NCBI GenBank assembly: GCA_040357565.1
Contig: JBDODJ010000067.1
From: Cercozoa sp. M6MM
Taxonomy: Eukaryota > Protista > Endomyxa: Ascetosporea
Length of the DNA: 60,364 nt
Reading direction: 5' to 3' (one strand)
Shown here: piece after piece, positions 39,555 through 52,700 of the stretch
Numbering within the stretch: position 1 is the first letter of the stretch
Layout of the letters: every line of letters starts with the position of its first letter
Translations under genes and position numbers: made by a program
The notes under the pieces: model-generated
Database searches by the model: none
What the model saw: the letters and a program-made list of their open reading frames with translations, nothing else
What the model was told of the DNA's origin: nothing

Positions 39555-42500
39555 ATGTTCAAGCTAGTGCAAAATAATTGCAGAGGACTGCGCGCACAGG
39601 CCGAAAACAGCGCTGTTGGTGTCGCTGGGTGCAATGGCAGCCATTCATTTGTGTCTGCTGCTGGTCGCGCTGCTGCTTGTTCGGTAGGATGTCTCTTCTG
39701 TGGGAATGATCTTGAGTTATACTGTGTGTTATCTTCGGGGTGCTTCTTGTAGACTATCGTTCACGGCCAAGCTGCACGCGCCGAATCGCCGCATCGCGCG
39801 AATGCTGCACCTGCGAACGCCGCTGCTTGTAAGTTCTGTTTTCTGTCCTTCCATTCTTTCGTCCTTTCCTCTTTCCTTTCTTTCTTCTTTCCCTCGTTCT
39901 TTTCCTCTTTCCTCGGAACAAGTTTTCTTTTGTTCGAGCAGTTTCTGGACGCTGGTGCAGTCGGCGCAGTGATTTACGGACTCTCTGTTGAGTGGTACGC
40001 CATCTTTTTGTCTTTGCAGAAGCGTTGCTTTGTGATGAAACGTGTCGGCAGGGCGTGCGTTAGTAAAGCGCGATTCGAAACTGCCGTGCTGATCCTGACG
40101 CTGGTGATTGATGGCATCACTCTGTTGGTGGCGCTGCTGTCCTTCTGCCTGCTGCGCGACAACACTGGTGTGTCTTCCTCTTCTTTCTATTCCTTCTTCT
40201 ATCCTTCTTCTGTCCTTTCTGATTCTTCTTTCTATTCCTTCTTCTATTCTGATTCTCCTTTCTTTTTTTCTTTCTCTTTTCTTTCTCTTTTTTCTTTTTT
40301 GTCTTCTGCTTTACCTTTCTCTTCCTCTTCTTTTATTCTGGCTATTTAGATGTATATATATACTCTTTGGATATCGACGCTAATATAAACTCTTCAGGTG
40401 CTGGCGATGCGGCGGCTGTGTTCCTGCGATGTCTGCGACGCGTGTTTCGGCGTCGCTCGGTGCAGATGCAGAACAGTAGGCTTGCCCCGTCAGATATATC
40501 ATATATATATATATATGTATATATGGTTGGACACAGGCATCATCGACACTGTGTCGCTCACTTTGGCCGGTCTGTCGGCTCGTCCCAGCGACGTTCTGGG
40601 TACACCAAGCGTTTTCGTTGAGAAACGCGGGTCTAGCAGTCGATAAAATGTGTGTGTACGTCGGTGTGTTTAGGTGCGTTGTTGCTGGTGCGAAGTATGC
40701 AGCTGCGCGACATGCGACAGGTACTGAAGCCCCCCTCCGCCCCTTCAAACCCTTACCCCCTTGCAGAATGAAAAAACGCTGCTGCTGTCGGATGAAAAAC
40801 GCGCCGAGAAACCGTCGGTGGCGGCCAAAAGTGCCGCCGTCAAAATCGACGTGACTGCGTCCATCGGTGTTCGCGCGAATGTCCGCGCGGATGCGCACGA
40901 ACCGCTCAATGTGCGCTACTACCTTCCTGAGGTACTTTTCCGTGCTTCGCCTGCCTCCTTTCCCTTTACCCTTCCCTTCGCAGGCAGTGACGGTGTGTGC
41001 GACACGCGACGCGACGTTGCGCGAAATCGCGCGGCGAAAGCAGCCGATTTTGCTGCGACACGATCGGCAACGACTGGCGCTGGCGAGAGTTTACCTCCCT
41101 TTTTACCCCCTCCCCTCTACCCCTTCATTATCCCATTTTACCCCTCCTTTACCCCTTCTTTACCATCTTTTTTATCCCCTTCCTTTCCCCTTCTTTACCT
41201 TTTCTTTATCCCCTTCTTTATCCCCTTCTTTATCCCTTCTTTATTCCTTCTTTACCCCCTTCTTTTTTCCTTTGTTCACCCCTTGTTTACTCCCTTGTTG
41301 ACCCCCTTCTTTTCCTTGGCCTTCAGGCACTGAGTCCATACGCGAATCGCGCAATTTATGGACTTGGACTCCACGTGTTCGAAAATATACTGTTCGGTGT
41401 GTTTCAAACTCCTATCCTACACTTTATACCCTCTCTGTCTCTCTCTCCAGGAGCGTGTCAGCAGTGCTGCTGGGGCTGTTGTGTCGCCTTTGAGAACAAC
41501 GTGACGTCGCGGCGGCACGGCAGCTGCAGTTGCATCGGCGCCAATCTGCGCGTGTTCTGTCACAAGGTGCGTTCTTACCCACTTTTACCCCCTTTACCTC
41601 CCTTTGTATCTTCCTCTCTACCCACCCGTTTCTGTTTAGGCGAACTTGCGACCAGACCAGCTTGTTTTGGCGCATTTTGGCAGCGATATTTGGGTATTGT
41701 GTTCTTTTTCCCCCCTCCCCCCTTTTACTTACCCCCCTGTAACAGGACGTGTCCTTCGCTGTGTGTGTGTGCGATGTTCTCGACACACGAGCACTCGTTG
41801 TAACGTTCAGAGGTAGTTTTACCTCTTATTACCCCCTTACCCCTTTACAACACCTTTATCCCTACGCCGGGCAGGTACTAACAACATCGGCGACGTGCTG
41901 ACGGATCTGCAGGCCGAAGAAACCATGCTGCCTGAGGAGGTAGTTCACCTTCTTTTGTTACCTTCCTTTGGCTCCTCTGTTTACCCGCCTTTTACCCTCC
42001 CCCTCTCCCGCAGGTGCAAGAGTACCTGCGAAACAGCGACGCGAATTTGCGTGAAATTTCCGAACGCGATTTTCTGACGCATGGCGGCATTCTGGCGGCG
42101 GCTAGGCAGGTGCTTTACCCCCTTGTACCCCTAACCCCCTTAATTGGTTGGTGTACAAATGGACTAGTGTTTGTTTTAATTAAAGGTGTTTTGTTTTAAT
42201 AAAGGTGTTTGTTTAAATTAAAGGTGCGTGCACGTGTTTTTGGGGACGAGCGCGTGCGTGAGGTTTTGTCGCGCGAGTCGGAATTGCCGATTCTGCTGAC
42301 TGGACACTCGGTAGAGTTTTACCCCCCCCCCCCCATGATACCCTCTTATCTCCTCCTACCTGGTAGTTGGGCGCTGGTGCATCGGCGTTGCTGGCGTTAA
42401 TTTTGCGCGCTTCGTCGGACTTTGAGAATCATCAGGTACGCTTGAGGGCTCGGAGGGGGTTAAAGAGGGGGTAAAGTGTGGATGTGTCTCGACAGGTGCA

Positions 42501-43626
42501 CGCCGTGTGTTTCGGCAGTCCGGCGGTGCTGTCGTCTGCGCTGACGCGAAGTGCCGCTGTGCGGTCGCTGGTCACTTCGGTGGTACTATACCTCCCATCC
42601 CCTCGCTCCTATCCCCGTTACCCCCCCCCCCCCGCAGGTGCACAGGGACGACATGATACCGCGAATGTCGCTTCATTCGATTCTCAAATTGAAGCGACAA
42701 ATGACGCTGGCGCTGCTGATTGCGCGGTACTTTTGTTTCCGCTTTAGCCCCCTCTTTGACCCCCTCTTTGACCCCCCTCTTTAACCCCCCCTTTGACCCC
42801 CCTTTAACCCCCCCCCCCCCCCAGGGAGCACGGACTGTCGCAGGCCGACGTGATTCGCGAGAGTCGTCGCGTGCGTCGCATCGGCACTCTGCGCCACGCG
42901 CGGCGTCGCTCCTTCAGTGGTACAGAGGTTATTGGGGTACAGGGCAAAGCGGTAGTGGAGTAAAGGTGCACACACACTCAGAGCGAGCATCGCCGCTGGA
43001 CGAACTGATTGCCGACCGCCGCGCGGACGAGGCCGAAACCGAGACGGAGACGGGTCTGACGGGTGAGACTGGTAGTTCTGGCCTGACTGGGCAGGGTCAG
43101 ATGCCGCTGTGTCCGCCCGGATGCACCTATTTGCTGCTGACCGCCAAGTTGTGGAACAGGGTAGCTTTTACACCCCTACCCTTACCTCCCTACCCCTACC
43201 TCCCTACCCGTGCCCCTGCCTTTACCCTTTCCTCCCAGCGCAAGACGGAAAAGCAGCATTTGGTGATGCGCGCTGCTCCTGAGTGTTTCTCGGAGATTCT
43301 CGTCACCAGCAAGATGTTCGCACACCACATGCCCAATCGTACCCCTCCTATTTTCTTACCTCCTCCCCGTTATCCCTCCTCCCCGTTAACCCTCCTCCCC
43401 ACGTGCAGGCTACGCGCAGGTTATGGAGGAACTGTCGCTGCAGCAGCCGGCAATGTTCGACGCCGACAACAACGGCAACAACAACAACGACATTTCGGAG
43501 AATCGCGACGCGTCGAACTCGCTGCCGTCGGCGTCGTCTGGCCGTGACCATCCGCGCGGACGCGGCGCCTCTGAGCTGAACTCCGTGTCGCGCGAGATTG
43601 ACGTTGACCTCGAATTTGTCGCTTAG
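39555..43626 (+). CDS. Diacylglycerol lipase-like class 3 lipase with N-terminal TM segments
   Basis: TM-like exons, then IVRG|TNNIGDVLTD-type segment, THGGILAAA, LLTGHS|LGAG nucleophile elbow, CFGSPAVLS, VHRDDMIPRMS, SKMFAHHMP. Start approximate. Confidence 0.85.
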
Positions 43627-43707
43627 TTGCTAGCGGCTGAATCTGAATGTAAATTTAGACTCGAATATTCCCTAATATTTACAGTAGCGTAGAGAAGTAG
43701 TCAGACT

Positions 43708-46700
43708 TCACTGCTGGACCAGCAAGCGTGCGACCAGCAGTGGCACGACACTGGTCAGCAATATTCCTGCCTTGCGGTGCGATGCGGCCGCGGAAGAGCT
43801 TGCTCTGCGTCCTGATTTGAGGAATGAAACACATCTCAAAACGCTTCTCCAGGTGTACATTTAGTTGTTTTGTACCGGCGCGGATGGGAGGAGCCAGACC
43901 ACCCGTTTCGTAGTGGGAGGCGCTTGGGATCTGCGCCGTCATTGGTACGCGCACGGGTGCTCGGCGTGGCCGCTGGGGTTGATTCAAGTCTGATTTACAA
44001 AGCACCCGAAACGATGCGCAAGTCAATTGAAACCGACTGAAGTGTAACTTTAAGTTTACCTGCTCGGCACTGCTGCAGTAGCTGCAGGTGTCGACGCAAG
44101 TCTTGCTCTGGGTGCATAGTTAATTTAATGTCTCTTGCAAACCTTGGTACAGGAATTAGTTTTCGCACCTTTGCGATTGTTGTCGTCAAAGCATCGTGCG
44201 AGATGGTCTGACGGGAGCATTATACGGATTCATTCAAACGCAACAGTGCAATGCAAGTGGTTTTACGGGAAGCCTACCTCGCAAAGCAGCCACGAGTTCA
44301 GTCTGTTCATCAGCTTTCGTCCGCAATCGCCCAACCCGCTCTGCTTCTGCGCAGAGTGTCAATAAATGTATTAAATTAATGTAGCACGAGAAGGACACAA
44401 AGAAGCACCCAGCAAACGCAGTTGCTCGAAGTGTTCGATCTGCAGACGCTGTGTTTCTTGCAGTGCCTGGCATTGCTGCCACTGGTGCAACAGTCGCGCT
44501 TGTTCTGCCAAAGTGTGTGTGCTCAAAAATTAAAGGAGAGCGGTGAAAGGAGGAGCGCACGGTCGCGATCGGATACGAGTGCAGCACGCAGCGCGTCCTC
44601 GTCAGCGACGATGCCCTCTCGGATGGCTTCTTCATCTAGTGCGACGTCGCGCTTTCGTATCGCTACAGACGCGCGTAAACTATAATTCCTGGGTCAGAAG
44701 TATAGTTAAAGCACCTTCCAGGCCACCGAGCCGAGTTTCCACTGCTTGGTCAAATCACGAGGGAGAAAGGATGAAAACACACACAACAGGTTCAAAAGTC
44801 CGAGGCACATTGGTGAATAAGGGCGTCCTTCCGCTGACTCTGCAATGATCAGTTTGAGTTGCGTGTTTTGCTTAAAAATACAAGTGCAAACTCACCTCGG
44901 GTACACACTTGCGCAGCTTGCCTTCACAGTCATCTGAACTCTCGTGCTCGTAAACTCTTCCTTCGTAACTGAAAACTGACAACTTTATCAACTGTACCAT
45001 TCTGGTGCCGCAAGCGTTGAATCTCAACCTGCGAGGCAGCCTGTTTAGTTGGTCAGAAGTAAGCGCATTCTGACAACTGAAGGGGCAAAAAATCACATCT
45101 GTTGCTTCCCACTGGCGTTGTTCTTCTTCTGTTGGTTTCCAACAAAGGACTCAAAGAAGCTAAGCAACACCGGGGCGAATACAGTACCTCTTTCGGTCGT
45201 GAGAGCACGCAACTGATTGCGCGTTTGGGCCTAGAATTTGCACTCAGTACAGGTAAGGGGACATGGATTAGACAGAACAAAGTCACCAGTAGCAACTCCA
45301 AGTTGGCTTGAGTTACGCCATGACGAGCCTGCAGTTTGCCGACCCCAGAATCAGTCGAGTTCAGTCTGTGTGTGTACGGAGAACAGGGTACTGTTTCTTC
45401 TTCCGACAAGACAGTGCTCGCACCAGCCTCGTGTTGCGCCACGAGCACTGGGGAATGTTGTAAATAACATTTGACAGCTCAAGTATAGTTGTTTACATGA
45501 GTGCTCGAGCCCTGAGTTCTTGTTTCGCAAGTCGGTTAGTTCTCTGGCGCACTGCTCTGAAAAGAAGGAAAGAACTTTAAACTGACAGAAGGGCTCGCAC
45601 TCGCTTAGCTGAGTGCACCATGTTCTCGGCGCAACTGGTCTTCCTGAACTCAACAGAACCAACGAATGCAGAGATCGAATCAGGCTGGACCGAAACCTAC
45701 CCGAACTTGGCACTGACCTCGCAACCGATCAGTCTCCGCTCGGAATTGGTCCAATTCGGTGGTGCGTTCATTGAGGTCTGTTCAGGTTGAATTTTGTAAA
45801 TACACTAAAACAGACGATATGTACGTGAGACTGATGTGATCATGACTAACCTGTCTGTCTCTGCTTTAGTTCGTTTTGACACTTCCCGAGGATCTGTTCG
45901 AAGTCCGTTCGCTGTGCCAAAGCTTGCTCACTCTCTACTGATGCAACGAGTATTTTAGAACACCATAAACTTACAGTGGAACACGGGCTCACCTGCCTGG
46001 AGCCGTGTGCAGCGTGTTTCGGACGACTCGAGGTCCAACAGGAGTTTTTGGATGCCTGCTCAATGTCAAAAGCGATTCATATTTGCCAGTTGATAACAGA
46101 AAGTTACGTTCTTGTTGACCAGCGCACTTCGTCCCAAGTTCTTCAAATCGGAACAAACAAATAGAATCAGTCAACTCAATGAACTGAAGATGGGAGTTGT
46201 TCCAAGCGAATCGAGACACCTTGTCTAACACGTTGCAGCTCCGTCTCTTTCTCCTCTAAGCACAGCACAGTTATTAGATCAGTGTTTTTGCGGAAGGTTT
46301 GTTAAACAGCCCTACCTAGAGCAGCACGAATCTGCCGATTCTCGTCGGTTAGAACTTCGCTTTGCGCTCGCAGTTCATCTTGTGTCCGCGCGAACTGAAA
46401 GAGTGAGTACAGTTCGCTGGCCATAAAGCGTCTGACATAAAAAGCTTTATCACTTGTAGCTGTTGCGTGTTGGCCTCTTGAAGTTGCTCCAGCTGTTCTT
46501 CGAGTAGTTGCTCGAGAGTTTCGACTCGAGTGGCGTGTTCTTCACCCTGACCAACACGTACAAAAAAATTACTGAACCGCAACTTAGGACTGGAGATGAG
46601 AATAAAAGAAACAGTGTGCTGAAGTTGCTGTTCGAGTGTGTGATGGATTCGTTGCAGCTGCTGCAGTCGTTCACCGACGTCGTCTAAGGTGACAGCACGT

Positions 46701-49700
46701 CAGTGAGAATCGTCCAGTCAAACAAGCCAACTGCTTGACAAGTACCCAGCTGAGCCAACAAGCGTGCTTCGAGTTCCTTCTTCGTTTGTTGTACTGTCAA
46801 CAAATAGTATTCTCATGCGACTGAATTTTCTTAATTTTATAAATTTACTGCAGGGAAAGAGAGACAACGAACGTTGTTGCAGTTCGTCGACGCACGCATC
46901 TAGAAGAAAAGAACTACGTAGCCAGTAGAGGCGAGTTGGAGTCAATTACCACGTTGCTGCTCGAGTGTCGCAACATCAGCTTGATACTGCGCCAGTTGCT
47001 GTTGAAGTTTTTCTGTTTGTTCTCGCACTAAAAAGAAGAGTCATTGTCGGTCCACTGTCAGTTTTCCCTTTTAATTTCAGATTACGCGTGCGTTGACTTT
47101 GTTTGAGTCGTTCGATGTCTGCGCGCAGCGTTGTCGATTCTGTTCAACACCAGAGAGCAAGAGAAAGCGTTTGCAGCATCAAACAAAGCAGCTTGTTGTA
47201 CCTTCTTCGCGGTCCATACCGAGAGCCACAACTCGAGTTTCTAATTCCGCTTTTTCTGGACATAAGGAGTGAGTTGGTTTAGTTCGGGCGGCAGCTAAAT
47301 TACCTCGCTCAAGTTGTTGCAAGGTGACGGTTTTCTCCTCTAAAGAAGCTATTCGTTGCCTTTTAACGGTACTGTGTGTTTCTGGTACCGAGCTCGGCTT
47401 TTTTCGCTCGAATTTCGGCGTCGGCTTCAAGCTGCAAGCGATGACAATAGCAGGGAAACACAACCGTTCGCAGATGCACTGTACCACTTGTTGCTGCACG
47501 GAACGAAGCTCTTCCTCTGCTGACTGCAGACGTTGTTTCGTTTCACGGAACTGAACATGCGTACACTAAATTCAGTTTCACAGGCCAGCACAAGTTGGAC
47601 ATCGGTACCTCCTGCAGGTGCCGACGCAGATCCTCTTGAATCTCCATTTGCTCACGGAGTTGCTCTTTGTGTCTGCCGCTTTCTTGCTCTGCAAGGGGTA
47701 CTTGTTAGACGTATGACTACTAGGCAAAACTACAGTATCTCACCAAGCTCCTCCTGGAGACGAGCAACTCTCGCAGTTCGTTCTTCCTGTGGGCATAATG
47801 AAACAGATCAAGTTTGGTGAATTGACGTACTTTACCAACTGAGAGTTGACTGCTTTGAGTTGAGTTTGGACTGAACCATATCGGATGAAGTAAGAGAATG
47901 ACAGTTGATTTTCTGCTTTACCGTCTTGCACTTGGGCAGTTTGTGCCGTGCGATCGGTCTCAACTTGCTTCAGTCGATCCTCGATTTCAGTTTTCTCGCG
48001 CTGCACACGTTGCTGCTCGGCTCGCGCTTCTTCCTGTTGTTTGTATTGTTGGTTGGCAATTTGCCCCACAGGCTGTCAATAAATGTGCAAGGAAACACAC
48101 CAACTCGTTTCGTATTGCAGCAATCAGTCTCTCCTCTTCAGTTGCACAGTTGCAATCAGTTCCTTGTATTTTTGATTCAAACTATGATACTTTCAGTCGC
48201 GCTATCCTCGCTTGTTGTCTGCGTTTTTTTTTTAAAGCGTATCCTTGAAACAGTACAGTACGTTAGTTCTATCAAAAGAGAAAGCACCAGCTGTTGACGC
48301 AAAGCGTGTAGTTCTGTTATTCACTCACAAGATAAGAAGCACAAGCAATTCCCTGGCTGGGAAATAAATTTAGAACAACAAACTCGTACCAGCTGAATGT
48401 CGCTCGGTCTGTGCAAGTCGCAACACACAAGCTTTAATATAGTTAAGGTCATCTCTTCCGGAACAAGGGTACTAGCGCAGTCACCTGCTGCTCCAGTTCT
48501 CTGTTTTTGTCTTGTGCTGTCCTCCATAACAAGATTAAACAATGAAACAAGTTATGTTGTAAAACCCTGCTGCAGACTGGCATTGATCTCTCGAAGCTCG
48601 GCCTCTACGCTCACTCATTCGCAGACTTTACAGACAACTGTGAAACAGAAACACAACAGACCAAGTCGTGCAATTTCGGCCTTGCAGTCCGCAAGTTCAG
48701 TCATGATTTGCGCGACTTGAGTTCGCACTGATCAAGATGTCGTAGAGTGTATGGACCTGACATTGCAAACAGACACAAGAATACAAAAGTAGAGTACAAT
48801 CAGCAGTTTGTGTCAACTTGCTTCGAGTCGTATCTGAAATTAGGGTGTACAAAACAAAGTTCGCTCGGGTCCACGACGTTAAAACCTACCTAGCTCTTGT
48901 TGCAGTTCAGCTTGACGTTTTTGTTGCTCAGTCTGCCAAAACAAAGGAATTTGTATTTGCTAATTACTTGTAAATCTTCGGAGTACCAACTCTTGCTGCA
49001 ACTGCGCTTTCGTGTTCTGTACTGCAAGGACAAATAAAACTGAAGACACGTACCGACATCAATGAAAACAAAATTACACTGCACGACTCGAGCCTGCGAG
49101 GTTTCCAATTGCTGGCGCTGCAAAGAAACAACACCTGAGAACAACAACTCCAACCTGCACATGTGCTATTGTACCAAAAGAATCAAGTCAGCAGTGACAC
49201 GAGCAGCCTAATGAAAATAACCAAAAGACTAAACTGAGTTATGTAAGAGTTGTTGTATGCGTACCAAGGCACCGCGAAGGTCTTGTAGTTGCCCGAGTTG
49301 TGCTTCAACTTGTACTGAACACGATTTCCAAAGCATCACATGTATAATCACGATACTAAAAAGAAAGACGAACTGTACCCAGACGATCCGAGTGAGTTGC
49401 CAGTTTCTCAGTTTGTGTATCACGAACTAAGTTACAGTCATTCAATCTAATGTTAGGTGTGCACAGGAGTGACTGAAGACTTTTACGTTGCTCTGAGCAC
49501 AGACACGGACAGTAAAGCTGTAGCTAAAACCGAAGGAATTGATAACAAAAATTGACCAAGTTCACGTCGGAGTTGAGTCAGCCGGTCGTTGGACTCGGTG
49601 AGAGCTGCTTGTGCGCCTGCTTCCTTGTCAGTCACTATCGTTGAATACAATCCGATGGGACAGTACAGTTATGATACAAAACTGGAGGTGGTATCTGTAC

Positions 49701-52700
49701 GATCTGCTCGTTCTTTTCGCAGCTGCTGGAGCTCCGTTTCCATTTGTTCCCGATCTATACCAGTGAATTTTCACATCACAAAAGACAGCCGACGCTGTAG
49801 AGCACCAGCAGCGCTATCGTGTGCGTGTTCTTCGAGTCTCATTACGTGTTTTTCAATCTCTACGTACTCAAGTAGTGAAACCTATTACAAGCAACTGAAA
49901 GGTCGTTCACCTTGCTTTAGTCGAGCATCAAGCGCGAGCTGCTCTTCTACTTTCAATAGGTTTTGTTTAAAACAGCCAAGAATCTTTGGAACTACAACTG
50001 AAGTTGTAAATTTTACCATGCTGAGCTTCCAGTTGCTCGGTCTGCTGGATTTGTTCGGCCAACCGGTTTTCAAGTTTCTTCAGTCGATCCGAGTGTTCAG
50101 TTCTCTCTTGATCTACAGTAATTTTCTCAGTAGCTTTATTACTACTTATGGCACTATGTTTTGGCGTAGGAGCGTACCAGACTGACGTTCCAGCTGGCCC
50201 TATCCAGACATTCAATTTCGTTTCCGACAAACACCAGTTTAATGGAGTCAAGTGTTTACCATTCTGTCTCGCCATGCGGCCAGCTCTTTTTCTGCGACCA
50301 CAATTGAATCAAGTCGGGTTCTGAACACTAGTAAATTTAATACCGAGTTGAAGCTTTGTATGTTCGCATTCTTCCTGCTCACGTGTCCCAAACAGATGGT
50401 GTTGTTATTGAGAAACCAAGAACTGGAGAGGGATCATGGTTTACGAGTTGCTGTCGGAGTCGTTTCACTCGAGCGCCCACTGCAAAGGCAAAATTAAAAA
50501 ACTGTTAGAGTGTGTAAATTTTACACTCCTGGTTTTGTTCTGCCGAACTGGCTTGTCTCTCTTGTGCCTCGGCGAGTTCCGCGCGCAAGGCACGCTCATT
50601 TTCGGTCACTTTGGCGAGACGAGTTTCGCACAACTCAACTGCCGTAGTCTGCTCCAGGTACAGGTAAAGTAAAACTTACAGTACCTGGCTGTATCCAGAA
50701 GAACAGCCAAACACACCAGTTGTTGTTGAGTGGAATGAATCGACGCCGCGACTGCAGTCTTCAGCTGAGCCAGAGTGACGAGACTTTGATCCATCTCGAC
50801 TAAGGTACGGCACAGTGTAATTAAAATAATTGAGTGAGTTGGAAAGTCAAATTTTACCCAACTGCCCGAGAAGCTTCTGCTTGTCTGCTAGCATCTTGTC
50901 TTGCACTGTGATCGAAAGAAAGTCATCACGCAATATCAGCCACAAGCTTGAACTGAACATACATCGTTTCAACTCGGCCACGCACTCGTCTGTTCCAAGC
51001 ACATGCAGTAAACTAAGTTGAGCAACACAACTGGTTTGCAGTAGGAGCAATGTGCCATGAAGCTGTCGCAGTTGTTCCATTTCTGTCTGACTAGTTTTTT
51101 GTGCTGCTTGCAGTTCGCGCAACTTGTCGAGCACTAATAGACCAGGAAGTGTATAGTACTGCAAGTAAACAAAAGAAGAAACAGGTACGCTCGATTTCCT
51201 GTTGCTCGAGTTGGCGAACTCGCTCCTTATGTGCGTCAGTTTCTTCGATCGCTTGAGCAACCAGTTCTTCTTTTTCTAAAGCGCATTTAAATGTATCGAT
51301 AATCGCCAATGTTTGGACAAGTGAGAGCACCATGCTGCACTCGCTCCAGCAGCTGTGCTTTCTCGGTGAATTCCGTTTGCTGAAAATGTTATATGATATA
51401 TCAGTTTAAGACTGGAAGGAGACAAAGTATGAAATTTATTGTACCAGCAGTTTGTGTGACTCGCTGAGTTGTTGCTTTGCTTCTCGCAGCTCACGTTCCG
51501 TGTGCTGGAGAGTTTCGACTTGTCGGTGGAGGGCTTCGATCCGAGCTGCCCGCTCCTCATCCTACGAATCATGCATAGTCATTTCGCTTGTACTGGGACC
51601 AGAAACAAAGGACTGAATGCTGAAGTCGCTGTCCCAGAGTTTCTTTGATTTGAAGCATCAGCTGAAGGTGTTGTTCCATTTGGCCTGTCAGTTATTGTGT
51701 TTCCAGTGAAAACAGAACAATTTCAATCAAACAACTGACTCAGTTGCCGCATCAAGTTCGCTTCGAGCGCCTGCTTGGCTTGTTGCACTACCAGCACACA
51801 TTAGACACTCTGCCCCACGGAAAAAGCTCCCAGGGTGTAGGAACAAAAAAAAAGCACGCTGTTGCAGTTTCTCTTGGCACCCGTCTGTCCATACGAACAT
51901 TGTGTTTAAGTTAGTCTGTCAGCGAACTGAGGTTGCAAGGCTGGTCAATACCAAGTTGTGTTTGTAGTGTTTCACGTTCGCCTTCACTTTGCGAAAGTGT
52001 TTGCTGCAGTTTGTTCATTTGCGCGTGCACTAGGGACAAATGAACGGTTTAGTCAATACAGTAAAGATGCAAGAGCAGACAATTTACAAAGCTCTCGCTC
52101 TCGACGAAGCTGCTCGGTGTCTGTCTGCAGTTGAGTCTGCTCGGTTGTGTGCGACGCAACTTGAGTCTCCAACTCTGCTTTTTCTTGGTCTCAACTGGAG
52201 GATGATGCTTACTGAAAAAGTGAAAGAACACACCATGTTCCACGCGCCGCAGCTCCGTCTCTTTTGCCTCTATTGATTCCACTTCACAAGTTAATGTTTC
52301 TACTTTGTGCCGATTGAGAGTACCAAGCTCAGTGCGCATTCTCTGGCCCTCGTCGCCTAGAGTTCTCATTTGTGCTTGTAGTGACTCGAGTTCAGCTTGC
52401 GTCTGTTGGAGACTTTCTTGAGTGTGTTTGAACTTATCAAATCCAAGGAGTACAGTAGATTTTCCTATCGACTCTTTTCTTTTCAATTCTAGGCACACAG
52501 GGGAGAGGTACCTCTCGTAGCTGTAGTTGCAATAGTCCGATCTCGTGGGAATGTTGTGCTTTAGACTGTTCTGCAGCTTTCTGGTGTTGTCGCTCGAGAG
52601 TTTCGATAGTGCCTACAACGTCGGTTCATATAGTCAAAACCAAACAGATTCAACCAACTGGATTGGCTCCCCCTACCCAACTGGTCCGACAAGAGTTCTT